From: Vibrio phage VPG01
Sequence record: MW398869.1
DNA length: 32,000 nucleotides
Reading direction: 5' to 3' (one strand)
The position numbers and the translations under genes were made by a program. Shown piece by piece: positions 17,229 through 26,401 of this stretch. The notes beneath the pieces are model-generated. The model saw only the letters and a program-made list of their open reading frames with translations, had not been told where the DNA came from and ran no database searches. The stretch's first letter is position 1, and the number at the start of each line of letters is the position of its first letter.

Positions 17229-18632
17229 TTAGTTTATAGCTACAGAAACTGTGTTACTAACTACCTTATCACCATCACTATTATACACTTCTACATAGTA
17301 GCTACCTGTGTCACCTGATTGTGCATTATCTTTAGTATAGGTTGCTGAAGTAGCTCCGCTAATAACAGCATTATCTTTATACCATTGGTAACGAGTACCC
17401 CCCGTAGCTGCTACAGTTAATTGTAGTTGCTCACCGCTACCAAGTACTTGGTTTGACGGTTGAGTTGTAATTTTTGGTAAATCAGCTATGTTAGCGCCAC
17501 CATCCCCTAGTTTAACTAGTGCTCTTATTTCCTTGGCAATAAAGGTATTACTCATGCCCAGGTATACTTCATTACCTGCATCAAGTTCTGTAGGGATACC
17601 TTTAAACTCGATACTAGTGCCTAGTACATCGGCTGTTTCTGTAGTAGGCACAGAAAGATGGGCGTTAGGTAGTACTACTACAACCCCCTCAGCTTCTGAA
17701 GGATAAATACCCCCTAAACAGATACCGATTCTAAAACTATTAGTAATATCACGAGCTGAGATCATTTTATTTAGTAACTCAGCTGCCCTGTCATACTTAT
17801 CATCTGTATCGCGGTTACGTAGATATGCCTCTAAAGTACCAGAAACTTCAAATGTACCAGTAAACGAACCAATAGGCAGGTCTAATCTAGATAGAGTATT
17901 AGGGGTTAGGTAACTGATATTGTTGTTGATAGTAATAGTACCACCAGTAATTGGAATATCATACTCCTTACCGTCTCTATTATCTTTAATTAATAGAGTA
18001 GTAAGTTTATTCTTGATGTATTTACCTTTACCTGCACCGAATACTTTTTTATCATCAAATATAATAGTATCTGGATCGAAAGGTTGTGTGGTGCCTAATG
18101 GCTCTACCCTTGTACCTTGACCTGACCATGCAGTCATACCAATACCTTCGATATCTACACTAATTTCTGCTTGGTTAATTTGCACATCGTGAATCTTATA
18201 CCATACATTATCTACTAGGTAGTATAGGGTAAGAGTATTAAGTTGGTGATATTGGTTATCTGTAAACTTAACCAACATATTCTTGGCAGTAGCTTTAACT
18301 CCATTATCATCTGTAATATTTAAAGGAGAGCCACTAGATAGACAGTGCCACAATGCAAAGTCTGGTGTAATCTTAACTGAATTCTCCTCATAAGGAATCA
18401 AGTATGTTGAGAAGTTCCAGTCAGCAGGGTTTAGATTATCATTGAATCTCTTAGAACCACGAGTTGGACGTGGGCCTGCTTCATCTAAGTTAATGTCGGT
18501 AGAGTTACCGTCTTGGTTAAAAGCAAAGTCTTCCTGAATAAGTACTTCCCAAGTGTTAGTATTATCAATGGTATTTTCAGACTTTGCGACACTAGCCCAT
18601 AATCTAGTGTTACGTAATAATTGGACTGACAT
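17229..18632 (-). CDS. Major tail tube protein with C-terminal Ig-like domain (T5 pb6-like)
   Basis: 467 aa; C-terminus ITTQPSNQVLGSGEQLQLTVAATGGTRYQWYKDNAVISGATSATYTKDNAQSGDTGSYYVEVYNSDG is a clear Ig-like domain; size and position match T5 pb6. Confidence 0.85.
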   Translation of the reverse strand: MSVQLLRNTRLWASVAKSENTIDNTNTWEVLIQEDFAFNQDGNSTDINLDEAGPRPTRGSKRFNDNLNPADWNFSTYLIPYEENSVKITPDFALWHCLSSGSPLNITDDNGVKATAKNMLVKFTDNQYHQLNTLTLYYLVDNVWYKIHDVQINQAEISVDIEGIGMTAWSGQGTRVEPLGTTQPFDPDTIIFDDKKVFGAGKGKYIKNKLTTLLIKDNRDGKEYDIPITGGTITINNNISYLTPNTLSRLDLPIGSFTGTFEVSGTLEAYLRNRDTDDKYDRAAELLNKMISARDITNSFRIGICLGGIYPSEAEGVVVVLPNAHLSVPTTETADVLGTSIEFKGIPTELDAGNEVYLGMSNTFIAKEIRALVKLGDGGANIADLPKITTQPSNQVLGSGEQLQLTVAATGGTRYQWYKDNAVISGATSATYTKDNAQSGDTGSYYVEVYNSDGDKVVSNTVSVAIN

Positions 18633-18646
18633 TTATAGTAGACTCC

Positions 18647-19132
18647 TTATCTCTTAAATCTAACATTTCTGTCCGGGTATCTGATTTCGATAGCTACTTC
18701 ACCTATACCCATTGGGTGCAGTATACCTTCATCTGTATTTATACTGATTACGGTCATTTGAGTAGCTTCGTATTTCTTTTCAGCTCCCTGAGGTGTAGTT
18801 ATAGTATATTCTATATCCTCGTGTGTGTCAATAAAGGTTTTTATATCTTGAATTAGTAACTCTAATTCTTCGTCTGCTCTGTCCTCGGACTTAACGTAGG
18901 CTCGGATGGTTAGAGTAAGGAACATCCACCTAAACCCACCAGGCTGATACTCAGGTCTTTCCGGTCCGAGGCCTACTGTTATAGCAGGAAAAGTTTCTAC
19001 CTGATCTAGATATAGATTTTTATTGTGTACATTCATATCTATATCAGTGTAGTACTTATCTAAGTTTTGGTCAGAAAGCTCTTGCTTCATAACCTCAACA
19101 ATTTTGTCTCTTATACTAGCTCTGTGTGTCAT
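18647..19132 (-). CDS. Tail terminator protein (T5 p142-like)
   Basis: 161 aa: FPAITVGLGPERPEYQPGGFRWMFLTLTIRAYVKSEDRADEELELLIQDIKTFID is tail-terminator-like; correct position. Confidence 0.72.
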   Translation of the reverse strand: MTHRASIRDKIVEVMKQELSDQNLDKYYTDIDMNVHNKNLYLDQVETFPAITVGLGPERPEYQPGGFRWMFLTLTIRAYVKSEDRADEELELLIQDIKTFIDTHEDIEYTITTPQGAEKKYEATQMTVISINTDEGILHPMGIGEVAIEIRYPDRNVRFKR

Positions 19133-19875
19133 AGTAACGCCTCCCTGACGTCTATATTATATCTAGTATGGATTATATCTCTAGCAGCTTTTGCTAATGC
19201 CTCTCCGATATGCGTTTGAGGGTTTCTAGCACCGAAGGACGGTCTCATGTACATAGCAGGTCTAGTAGACTTCATAGGGTCAAATGTAGCATATGGGTAT
19301 GTCATATAAGAATAAAAGATAGATAGTTGTGGCTTCCTACCTCTATCATTGTCCTGTATACGGACAGACCTAACATCTAGAGAGTTGGCAAATCTACCAG
19401 TACGATATTTTAAAGGAGCATTTGGTTTCTTCATATCTCTAATCAAGTAATCTTTAGCTACTATTTCTAGTAGGCCTTTTAGATTATTCTCAGAAATAAG
19501 TTTACCCCTGATGGTATTTATACCTACAGTTCTACCTTCTTCGAGGTAGTCTCCTAACCTTACTTGAACTGAGCCTTTCGAACGTTTTCTACCGACACTG
19601 TCTGCTAAGCCGTATTGAGCTAGTATTGCATCTACCACACCTAACTGTCTGGCGTCTAAATTATCAGCTACTCTTCTTAGTACGTGCCCACCTCTTTCAC
19701 GTGCCTCATTTTCCGCTAGAGGCTTACTAAATTTAAAAGATATAGTAGCTACGTTATTATCAGAGCGAGAATCATCAGTCGTTACATCATAACGTACCTG
19801 TCTCTTATTACCACGCTTGGCCCTATCATCGAGCTCTTTATGGATTATTTGCTCTAACATATTAGACATTGCCAT
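19129..19875 (-). CDS. Tail completion / head-tail joining protein
   Basis: 248 aa between terminator and adaptor ORFs; basic, with neck-protein-like C-terminus (YMRPSFGARNPQTHIGEALAKAARDII). Confidence 0.6.
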   Translation of the reverse strand: MAMSNMLEQIIHKELDDRAKRGNKRQVRYDVTTDDSRSDNNVATISFKFSKPLAENEARERGGHVLRRVADNLDARQLGVVDAILAQYGLADSVGRKRSKGSVQVRLGDYLEEGRTVGINTIRGKLISENNLKGLLEIVAKDYLIRDMKKPNAPLKYRTGRFANSLDVRSVRIQDNDRGRKPQLSIFYSYMTYPYATFDPMKSTRPAMYMRPSFGARNPQTHIGEALAKAARDIIHTRYNIDVREALL

Positions 19876-20417
19876 TAGAACATCCTGTGCATTAATAGTA
19901 TGGCTCTGACATGAGGAGGGAAGTTTTTACCTGTCTGGTAAGATACTGTCTGACCACCTGCTCCAACAGATGTTTTATTAAATTCTTCTTTATAATAATA
20001 CTTGACTAGCAACATCGTGGCTAACTGAATAGCCTCTAGCTCTTTTGGAGCCACTTGATAGGATACTAGTAAAGTGTCGCCGTCTCTAGGTTTTACAGTA
20101 TATAGCTCTAGTAATCCTGTCTCAGACACGCTATAATCTGCAAGAGTAAGCTCTTTACCGTCTGCTGTATCATAACCTCTAGGAATATACTTTAGTTGCT
20201 GAACGTCCGTATCAATAGCGGGCAACATGTACGAAGTGGTATTATTACGTGTTCTGATTGTAGTCTCAATAGCTCCAGTAGATGTTAATGGGTAGCCGAT
20301 ATAATCCTGAACTATTTCAGAACAAGACTTAATTAGAGCCTCTATTTGTGGGTCATTCTTCTTACCTTCAATACTAGCAAACGCTTTGTATTGATCTATT
20401 GTAATTATTTCTGCCAT
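19875..20417 (-). CDS. Head-tail adaptor (head completion) protein
   Basis: ORF listed from 20459, but M15 (20417) is preceded by GGAGAACAAG; MAEIITIDQYKAFASIEGKKNDPQIEALIKSCSEIVQDYIGYPL is typical of gp6-like adaptors. Confidence 0.75.
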   Translation of the reverse strand: MAEIITIDQYKAFASIEGKKNDPQIEALIKSCSEIVQDYIGYPLTSTGAIETTIRTRNNTTSYMLPAIDTDVQQLKYIPRGYDTADGKELTLADYSVSETGLLELYTVKPRDGDTLLVSYQVAPKELEAIQLATMLLVKYYYKEEFNKTSVGAGGQTVSYQTGKNFPPHVRAILLMHRMF

Positions 20418-20433
20418 CTTGTTCTCCATAAAC

Positions 20434-20463
20434 AAAAAGGAGTGGAGCAAATGCCCCACTCCT
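20434..20463 (-). terminator. Intrinsic terminator downstream of major capsid gene
   Basis: Minus strand AGGAGTGGGGC-ATTT-GCTCCACTCCT followed by TTTTG; 11-pair stem with one G-U. Confidence 0.9.
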
Positions 20464-20477
20464 CCTAAAGTTTGCTA

Positions 20478-21875
20478 TTAAGCGTATGTACCTGCAACTA
20501 CGTTCTTATCGAAGTAACGTTGTAGGTTCAAGCGTTGTGTAACGTAGTAAGCGTCACGTTGTTCGCTTGCACGACGTTCGTATTCAACTGTTACTCGACG
20601 TTGACGAGGAACTACGAACTCGTTACGATATACAATCGCACAGAAGGCTGCTTTAGCTGCTTTAGCTGGGAAGTAGCTAGAAACAACTACTGGCATACCG
20701 TAGATTCGACCTACTTGACCTTGTAGTTTAAGTGATGCGTTAGCACCTACTTGGTTAACATCTTGCCATTCGTCATCTTCTAGAAGATCGTAGTACGCGT
20801 CCATAGACACGATTAGAGCAAGAGAGTCTAGACGAAGACCTTTAAGACCTAAGTTACGACGTAGTTGGTGAATCATTTTAGCGGTTACTTTAGTAGCACC
20901 GTCATGAGTAGCTGTAGTAGCAATTAGTTTGCTGTCGATTTTAGCAAAGTCTAGTAGACCTGTTGGTTTACCAGTTTTAGCACCTGTACCATCACCCATG
21001 AATGCTTTTTCGATAGCTTGTACGTGAGCTTCGATTAGGTGACGACGGATGATTGGCAGAAGTGATGTGATTGCATCTTCTTCTGTTTCATCAGTCATGT
21101 AAGCTTTAGCTGCTAGTTTGAACGTACTGAATGTAATATCAGTAAGTGCAACTTTAACTTCGTTACCTACAGTAGTGTCTTTACCGTAAGTTGATGCATC
21201 TACCCATGTTGCATCTTGTGCATCAGGTTCGATTTGCATTGTAAGTTTCTTACTTGACATTGGTAGTTCTTGGAACATTGCACCAACAACTAGAAGTTTC
21301 TGAATGTCACGTAGGATACGGTTTGAGAATACTGTTTCGTAGTTTTCGCTAGAAACTTGGATAGAAGAGCTATCGTTTACCGCTTTCTCTAGTTTAGCAC
21401 CAAATTCTGTTTCGAATACACCTTTCTTAGTCATGAAAGATAGAAGTACAGCTTTTTCAGCTTCTTCTTCGAAATCAGTTTGAGTATTTAGATTAAATGC
21501 CTTACCAACTGCAACTGCTACAGAATTTTTACCTTCGCGTGCTGCCATTAGTTGAGCGATTTCGTCACGTACTGACTTAATTTCGTTTTGTGTTTTTTCT
21601 ACTGATTTAGCGAAACCATCAACATCACCGGACTCTAGCTTCTCTGATAGAGCTTTAACTAGTTGTAGTGCTGTTTCTAGTTTTTCTTTTTGTTCACCAG
21701 TAGCTTCATCTACAAGAGCCTTAACGCGTGCTTCTTCAGCTTTTCGTTGCTCTGCTAGAGCTTTTTCTTTTGCTTCCTGCTCTTCTTTGGCAGTTAGCTT
21801 ATTAGCTGCTTCAATTACTGTTTTCAGACCTAGTTTTTCTTGTAGTTCTGCAATTTGTTCTGCTGTCATTGGCAT
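20478..21875 (-). CDS. Major capsid protein, HK97 fold, with N-terminal coiled-coil scaffold (delta) domain (T5 pb8-like)
   Basis: 465 aa; N-terminal Lys/Glu-rich coiled coil, then conserved MCP region (SALLP-type DEAD..., GRIYGMPVVVSSYFP, NEFVVPRQRRVTVEYERRASEQRDAYYVTQRLNLQRYF). Confidence 0.93.
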   Translation of the reverse strand: MPMTAEQIAELQEKLGLKTVIEAANKLTAKEEQEAKEKALAEQRKAEEARVKALVDEATGEQKEKLETALQLVKALSEKLESGDVDGFAKSVEKTQNEIKSVRDEIAQLMAAREGKNSVAVAVGKAFNLNTQTDFEEEAEKAVLLSFMTKKGVFETEFGAKLEKAVNDSSSIQVSSENYETVFSNRILRDIQKLLVVGAMFQELPMSSKKLTMQIEPDAQDATWVDASTYGKDTTVGNEVKVALTDITFSTFKLAAKAYMTDETEEDAITSLLPIIRRHLIEAHVQAIEKAFMGDGTGAKTGKPTGLLDFAKIDSKLIATTATHDGATKVTAKMIHQLRRNLGLKGLRLDSLALIVSMDAYYDLLEDDEWQDVNQVGANASLKLQGQVGRIYGMPVVVSSYFPAKAAKAAFCAIVYRNEFVVPRQRRVTVEYERRASEQRDAYYVTQRLNLQRYFDKNVVAGTYA

Positions 21876-21882
21876 AATAAAT

Positions 21883-22488
21883 TTATCCTTTAATAACTCC
21901 TAGCTCGATGGCTAGCTTTTCTAACACGTCAACTTCGTTAGTTTCGCTCGGCTTGCTAGCCTTTGCTTGAAGTTGTTTTCTAAAATCATTATAATCAGCA
22001 GAGTTCAAGCTCTTGGAGACTTCGAACACTGAGTCCTGATTACATGGAACTGAAACTACTGATACCTCAAATAGTTCTAGTTCTTTAATTAAGTAAATGT
22101 CTTCTTCTTTCTTCCATTCAGCATCTAGGCAGCGGAAACCTACACTAAATGTTTTCAAAACACCATCTTTGATAAGCTGGTATACTGGGCCTGCTGCTTT
22201 GCTAATCTCTGCTTCAATCTGTAAGCCTTCGTCAGTTACATCGTAACTAACCATCTTACCAATCGGCATAGCGTGATTGTGGAATGCAAGAATGATTGGG
22301 TTCTTTTCATAGTTAGGTAGGGCATTTGGGCCTAACCATGCATCTTTAGGGATTACATCACCAGCACGATCTTTCGTTACTGTATTAGCATAACCCTTAA
22401 TTATCAACGGAGAATCTTCTTCGTCCGAAGCTGCTTTAGCTACGAAACTAGCAGATAGTTCCATATCAATAGGCTTATTTAACTTCAT
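21883..22488 (-). CDS. Prohead maturation protease (HK97/S78 family)
   Basis: 201 aa: IIKGYANTVTKDRAGDVIPKDAW, AFHNHAMPIG, TFSVGF, KELELFEVSVVSVPCN. Confidence 0.93.
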   Translation of the reverse strand: MKLNKPIDMELSASFVAKAASDEEDSPLIIKGYANTVTKDRAGDVIPKDAWLGPNALPNYEKNPIILAFHNHAMPIGKMVSYDVTDEGLQIEAEISKAAGPVYQLIKDGVLKTFSVGFRCLDAEWKKEEDIYLIKELELFEVSVVSVPCNQDSVFEVSKSLNSADYNDFRKQLQAKASKPSETNEVDVLEKLAIELGVIKG

Positions 22489-22720
22489 CCTTCTTCTCCT
22501 TGGTTGGTTCAGTCTTCGCTGCCTTTAGACTAGCTACAAATTCAGCATATTCCTTTTGGAATAGCTTGAATGCACGGCAGTCACTATCAACCTTATAACG
22601 ATATCGAAGCATTACTCTAGAGACCTCATTATTAGAGGCATTAAAGAATGTACTTTTATCTGGTAGTGTATCTCCAAAATCATTATATACAGTATTAAAA
22701 TTAACTTTTTTAGTTGTCAT
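22475..22720 (-). CDS. Small capsid-associated protein of unknown function
   Basis: ATG at 22720 (MTTKKVNFNTVYNDFG) is the likely start; the first 21 residues of the listed 102-aa ORF overlap the portal 3' end. Sits between portal and protease. Confidence 0.65.
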   Translation of the reverse strand: MTTKKVNFNTVYNDFGDTLPDKSTFFNASNNEVSRVMLRYRYKVDSDCRAFKLFQKEYAEFVASLKAAKTEPTKEKKDEVK

Positions 22721-23936
22721 CTGAGTCCGAGTTTGAAGGTTTTCCACCCTCCTGTCCCGATACCCCAGTACCAGAACCTGCAATATTCTGTGGTATACGA
22801 ATCTTATCCATATCTTGGCCTTCTAGCTCTTCGTAACGAAGTTCTTTACGACCCTCATTAGGGGTGATAAGACCATTGTTTACTTTAGAAGTTACTGCTT
22901 CGGCCTCTGCCTTAGCATCTGGTGCTAGTGCAGTAATATCATCTGTGGTAAGTTTAACATCGTAACCAAAGAATGTCTCGAATACTGACTCGAACTTACG
23001 CATCATAGGTAGAATCGTCATATAAAAGAATAGTTCTATATTAGGACGAATATTAGCATTGTTACCAGAATCTAGTAGCAATGGTGGGATACCTAGTGCG
23101 ATACACGCCTTACGCTCAAAATCATCAATGTCTGCTTTAACATCTAAATCCTTAGAGCTAGTAGGTGTAAGTGTCTTAGCTTTCATACCTGCATCTAGTA
23201 CTTTAACACTAGAGCGACCAGTACGAGGGTTATAATCTAAAGAGATTTCTTCCTCGAAACGTTTCTTCAATTTCTTGTTAAGAACAGCTTCAGTCTCTAA
23301 TATTAAGCTAAACACAGCGCCGTTATCAAAGAATTTCTCCTTGAACTGTAGCAGTTTGTCTCTTCTCACCAAGCCTTCTAAGCTAGATAAGATTCTAGAG
23401 AATCCTTCAATCTGAGTTGACTGACCTCTATTATAAGCATTATCTTTGATAAAGATAATCTCATTTGGTTGGAATTCTACCTGCGCGCCATAAATGTATC
23501 TATTGACATAATTTTTCTTGTCAGCGTATACTTCCATATTAGCTGCGGGTAGATGATATAATGAGTAACCATCCCAATGAATGAACGCCCAACCTTCCAT
23601 GATAAAGTCCATTATAACTAAACGCCAGAACGTACTAGCATCCATAAACGGATTAGGTCTAACATTAAGTAACTCTTTTACTTTTTCTTGACGAATACCA
23701 CCTTTGGCTTTACCAGCCCCTAGTGGAGTAAAAGAATATGCATCCTTAATATCATATCTAACTTGACAAGCATTATCAACTAAAAGGTTAACACAACGGT
23801 TTACAACCTCAACGTCCTCAAAAGCACGAGTTGTTGTTAAAGGCTTCCTATTACTAGTTGTAGCACTTGGGTCTTCCCTAGCAATAAGTTCTTGGGCTGG
23901 GTTCAATTTATTGACTAACCAATCTCTTAATCCCAT
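22710..23936 (-). CDS. Portal protein (HK97-type, T5 pb7-like)
   Basis: 408 aa: MGLRDWLVNKLNP...VNRCVNLLVDNACQVRYDI...NIRPNIELFFYMTILPMMRKFESVFE; next to terminase and protease. Confidence 0.9.
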   Translation of the reverse strand: MGLRDWLVNKLNPAQELIAREDPSATTSNRKPLTTTRAFEDVEVVNRCVNLLVDNACQVRYDIKDAYSFTPLGAGKAKGGIRQEKVKELLNVRPNPFMDASTFWRLVIMDFIMEGWAFIHWDGYSLYHLPAANMEVYADKKNYVNRYIYGAQVEFQPNEIIFIKDNAYNRGQSTQIEGFSRILSSLEGLVRRDKLLQFKEKFFDNGAVFSLILETEAVLNKKLKKRFEEEISLDYNPRTGRSSVKVLDAGMKAKTLTPTSSKDLDVKADIDDFERKACIALGIPPLLLDSGNNANIRPNIELFFYMTILPMMRKFESVFETFFGYDVKLTTDDITALAPDAKAEAEAVTSKVNNGLITPNEGRKELRYEELEGQDMDKIRIPQNIAGSGTGVSGQEGGKPSNSDSDDN

Positions 23937-23938
23937 GT

Positions 23939-24409
23939 TTACACCTTGAATCTGTCTAAAGATACTTTCTCAACCATCAGGTTACATAATGAAGTCATAT
24001 CATAACCTGAACTAGTTGGTAGCTCTTCAACAGTGCCACCTTGCCTATCTCGTTGTATCTTAACCCATCTTCTCTGCTTGCTAGCAGTTGATAGGTCAGG
24101 CTCTTGAGAATATATCTGGTGTAGTTTTACGTGATGACCGTTGCAAAGGGTTACGGTATCCTCGACTAGTTCATGCCAGTGTGCTTTATAGAAGTCGTCC
24201 CGCATCGCGAGAACTTGTTCGTCAGTTGAGATGGGAATACCATTCTCTTTGGCATACTTTTTCAATAGTAGAGATACCGTATGGTAGTGGTGTAGCTCCA
24301 AATTGTCACTAGTACCACAAATTTCACAATGATCTTTCTTGGAATAGTTAGACTTAATACCATCGCGAATATGTTTTGTTGCTACTCGTTTGTTGGTATT
24401 AGTTGCCAT
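23939..24409 (-). CDS. HNH endonuclease
   Basis: CEICG...LELHHYH...LCNGHHVKLHQ: HNH zinc-finger nuclease core. Confidence 0.88.
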   Translation of the reverse strand: MATNTNKRVATKHIRDGIKSNYSKKDHCEICGTSDNLELHHYHTVSLLLKKYAKENGIPISTDEQVLAMRDDFYKAHWHELVEDTVTLCNGHHVKLHQIYSQEPDLSTASKQRRWVKIQRDRQGGTVEELPTSSGYDMTSLCNLMVEKVSLDRFKV

Positions 24410-24436
24410 AACTTCTTCTCCTTAACTTATGTGATT

Positions 24437-24465
24437 AGTATATATGATATGAATGAAATTGTAAA
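24437..24465 (-). promoter_or_regulatory. Sigma70-like promoter upstream of HNH/portal
   Basis: Minus strand TTTACA (24465-24460), 17-nt spacer, TATACT (24442-24437). Confidence 0.6.
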
Positions 24466-24490
24466 GTCTGTTTTATAATTTCTACTCGGC

Positions 24491-25810
24491 TTATCTACAG
24501 TATGAGTAGATTGCATATCTCACAGCATCCGCAATATGTGAGTACTGGTTATGAAGTGGGCGTTCTTTCAAGAGCCCTTCTTTAGGATCCCATCTGTAGT
24601 TAATAAACATCTCACGAGTTAGAGGACAATTAATATCTACTATGATTTTATCCTGCTCTATTAGAGCTGCGATATAATTAATACCATCATTCTGAGATTT
24701 CTTACTAGGCATACTAGCAATATCGTATTCATAGGCAAGGTCAGCACGGAATTGAGCTGCTGCCGAGTCACAGAATATCATATCTACATCATAATCATCA
24801 ATCTGTTGTTGGAACTTCTCTGCATGTACACGAGTAGTCTTAGACTGTTTCTCATACTCATCTATAATATAGAATTTATCTTCTTCTAAATCATACTTAA
24901 TAACAACACTAGCTGTTGGGTCTCTGTACCCATGGTCGACACCCATGATAGTTTCGTATTGATTCTCATCATCAAAGTCCATTTCACTAAGGTCTTTAAC
25001 ATGTCTATCAAATACAAACCCTTCATAGATACGTCCTTCGAATACCGAGAAGTCAGCTTCGTATTCTTGACGGAAGTAAGCATCCGAGTTAGTGATACGA
25101 GCTTGTTCAATATCCTCTGGGCTAGCACGAGGGTTATCACGCCAGGTACCATGAATCGCAACCCAGTTAGATAATGCAGGGTCATTTGATTTACCTTGCT
25201 CAAAGAAAGTCTTAAAGTAGTTAGAACCACGAGGCGTACTAATAAAGATTGCCTTAGAGTTAGGTTTATCCAGTGTAGGACGTAGAGCAACCTGGAACGC
25301 TTCTCCACCTTTATCTGATAGGGCAGCCTCATCAAAGATAATCAAGTCATATGAACGACCTACAGCGGAGTCAGCACGTTCAGCAGATGCTAGCTTGATT
25401 AGTGTGTTGTTAGATAGAAGAATTTCTCTATCTTTAGCATTCTCTTTAACTGTCTTTAATCCAAATTGTTTAATATACTTCTTAATCTCACCCCAACCGA
25501 TTTCGGCTAGTGAGTAGTTAGGTGCGACGACTAGAATCTTATTGTTAGGTTCTAATGCCTTTAAGAATGCTAGGGCGAACGATATAAATGACTTACCTAC
25601 ACGACGTGATACACATGCTACCACGAAACGATGCCTAGGGTCATTTACAGCATTGATAATAGCTATTTGTGGTCTATTCGGTACGATTGGACTACCATTA
25701 TCTGCTCTTACTTGCTGTATGAAATTATTTACATCAAATGCAAAGAATCTTTGATCTAATGGAAATTCTTCTATATAATCACAATTTATATAATCTCTAG
25801 AACAATACAT
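24491..25810 (-). CDS. terL: Terminase large subunit
   Basis: 439 aa; Walker A VSRRVGKS, Walker B LIIFDEAA, nuclease-domain motifs MGVDHGYRDP, DMIFCDSAA, HIADAVRYAIY. Confidence 0.96.
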   Translation of the reverse strand: MYCSRDYINCDYIEEFPLDQRFFAFDVNNFIQQVRADNGSPIVPNRPQIAIINAVNDPRHRFVVACVSRRVGKSFISFALAFLKALEPNNKILVVAPNYSLAEIGWGEIKKYIKQFGLKTVKENAKDREILLSNNTLIKLASAERADSAVGRSYDLIIFDEAALSDKGGEAFQVALRPTLDKPNSKAIFISTPRGSNYFKTFFEQGKSNDPALSNWVAIHGTWRDNPRASPEDIEQARITNSDAYFRQEYEADFSVFEGRIYEGFVFDRHVKDLSEMDFDDENQYETIMGVDHGYRDPTASVVIKYDLEEDKFYIIDEYEKQSKTTRVHAEKFQQQIDDYDVDMIFCDSAAAQFRADLAYEYDIASMPSKKSQNDGINYIAALIEQDKIIVDINCPLTREMFINYRWDPKEGLLKERPLHNQYSHIADAVRYAIYSYCR

Positions 25811-26280
25811 TATCCCACCAGTTTATTGATAAGAGCCATGTAGTTCTCATCCTCACCGCCAGGTATGTTAATATTATTTTGAATGTTGGTTTGATTAGTT
25901 GGACCACCCGATGCTGCAGTAGCTTTAGCACGTTCTATATCCATCTTCATCTCATCCATCTTCATCTTATGATATACTTTAGCTAGCTCTAGGATATCAG
26001 CACTAGTACCAACACCTGTTTCTTGTATTTCTTCAAGCTTCATATTCATAAGTTGATCCATAACACCAAAGATTCTATGTCTATTTCTGAATCCTTGTTC
26101 ATGGAATTGTCTATCTATATATGCTTTAACTTCTCTATTCTTTAATTGGGCATCCACTTCTGCCACAGGAAGGTTTAATTCTTGGGCAACCTTCTTAGAG
26201 TCACCACCGAATGTAAGGTATGCTTCAGCAACCTGTAGCCCTTCCGGTTGTATAATATCTGGTAGTAGTTTATCTGTCAT
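25810..26280 (-). CDS. terS: Terminase small subunit
   Basis: Adjacent upstream of terL; ATG at 26280 has RBS GGAGAGGAG (listed ATG at 26298 does not). Sequence YLTFGGDSKKVAQELNLPVAEVDAQLKNREVKAYIDRQF is HTH-like. Confidence 0.85.
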   Translation of the reverse strand: MTDKLLPDIIQPEGLQVAEAYLTFGGDSKKVAQELNLPVAEVDAQLKNREVKAYIDRQFHEQGFRNRHRIFGVMDQLMNMKLEEIQETGVGTSADILELAKVYHKMKMDEMKMDIERAKATAASGGPTNQTNIQNNINIPGGEDENYMALINKLVG

Positions 26281-26300
26281 ACTCCTCTCCTTTTCCAACT

Positions 26301-26329
26301 AATATAACATTAACAATCACAAATGTCAA
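26301..26329 (-). promoter_or_regulatory. Sigma70-like promoter for the terminase genes
   Basis: Minus strand TTGACA (26329-26324), 17-nt spacer, TATATT (26306-26301). Confidence 0.82.
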
Positions 26330-26349
26330 CAAAAATTTAAAAATCAAAT

Positions 26350-26378
26350 TTGACAAAGCACTCAAACCCAGATATAAT
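26350..26378 (+). promoter_or_regulatory. Perfect-consensus sigma70 promoter for the receptor-binding protein gene
   Basis: TTGACA (26350-26355), 17-nt spacer, TATAAT (26373-26378), then AAGGAGG before ATG 26402. Confidence 0.92.
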
Positions 26379-26401
26379 AGTACATAAAAGGAGGAATATT
26401 C

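Noticed and set aside
8118-19132. Plus-strand ORFs across the tail module (8118..8426, 9716..9919, 11728..11919, 13309..13539, 13732..13929, 14341..14670, 15938..16138, 17488..17706, 17920..18120)
   Set aside because: Each lies opposite a strongly supported structural gene and has no recognisable domain or expression signal.
24480-24510. TCTACTC/GAGTAGA inverted repeat at the terL 3' end as a terminator
   Set aside because: 16-nt loop, weak 7-bp stem and no U-tract; not good enough to call.
24886-25335. 149-aa minus ORF and 80-aa plus ORF inside terL
   Set aside because: Fully inside the Walker motif-containing terminase frame, biased composition, no independent signals.
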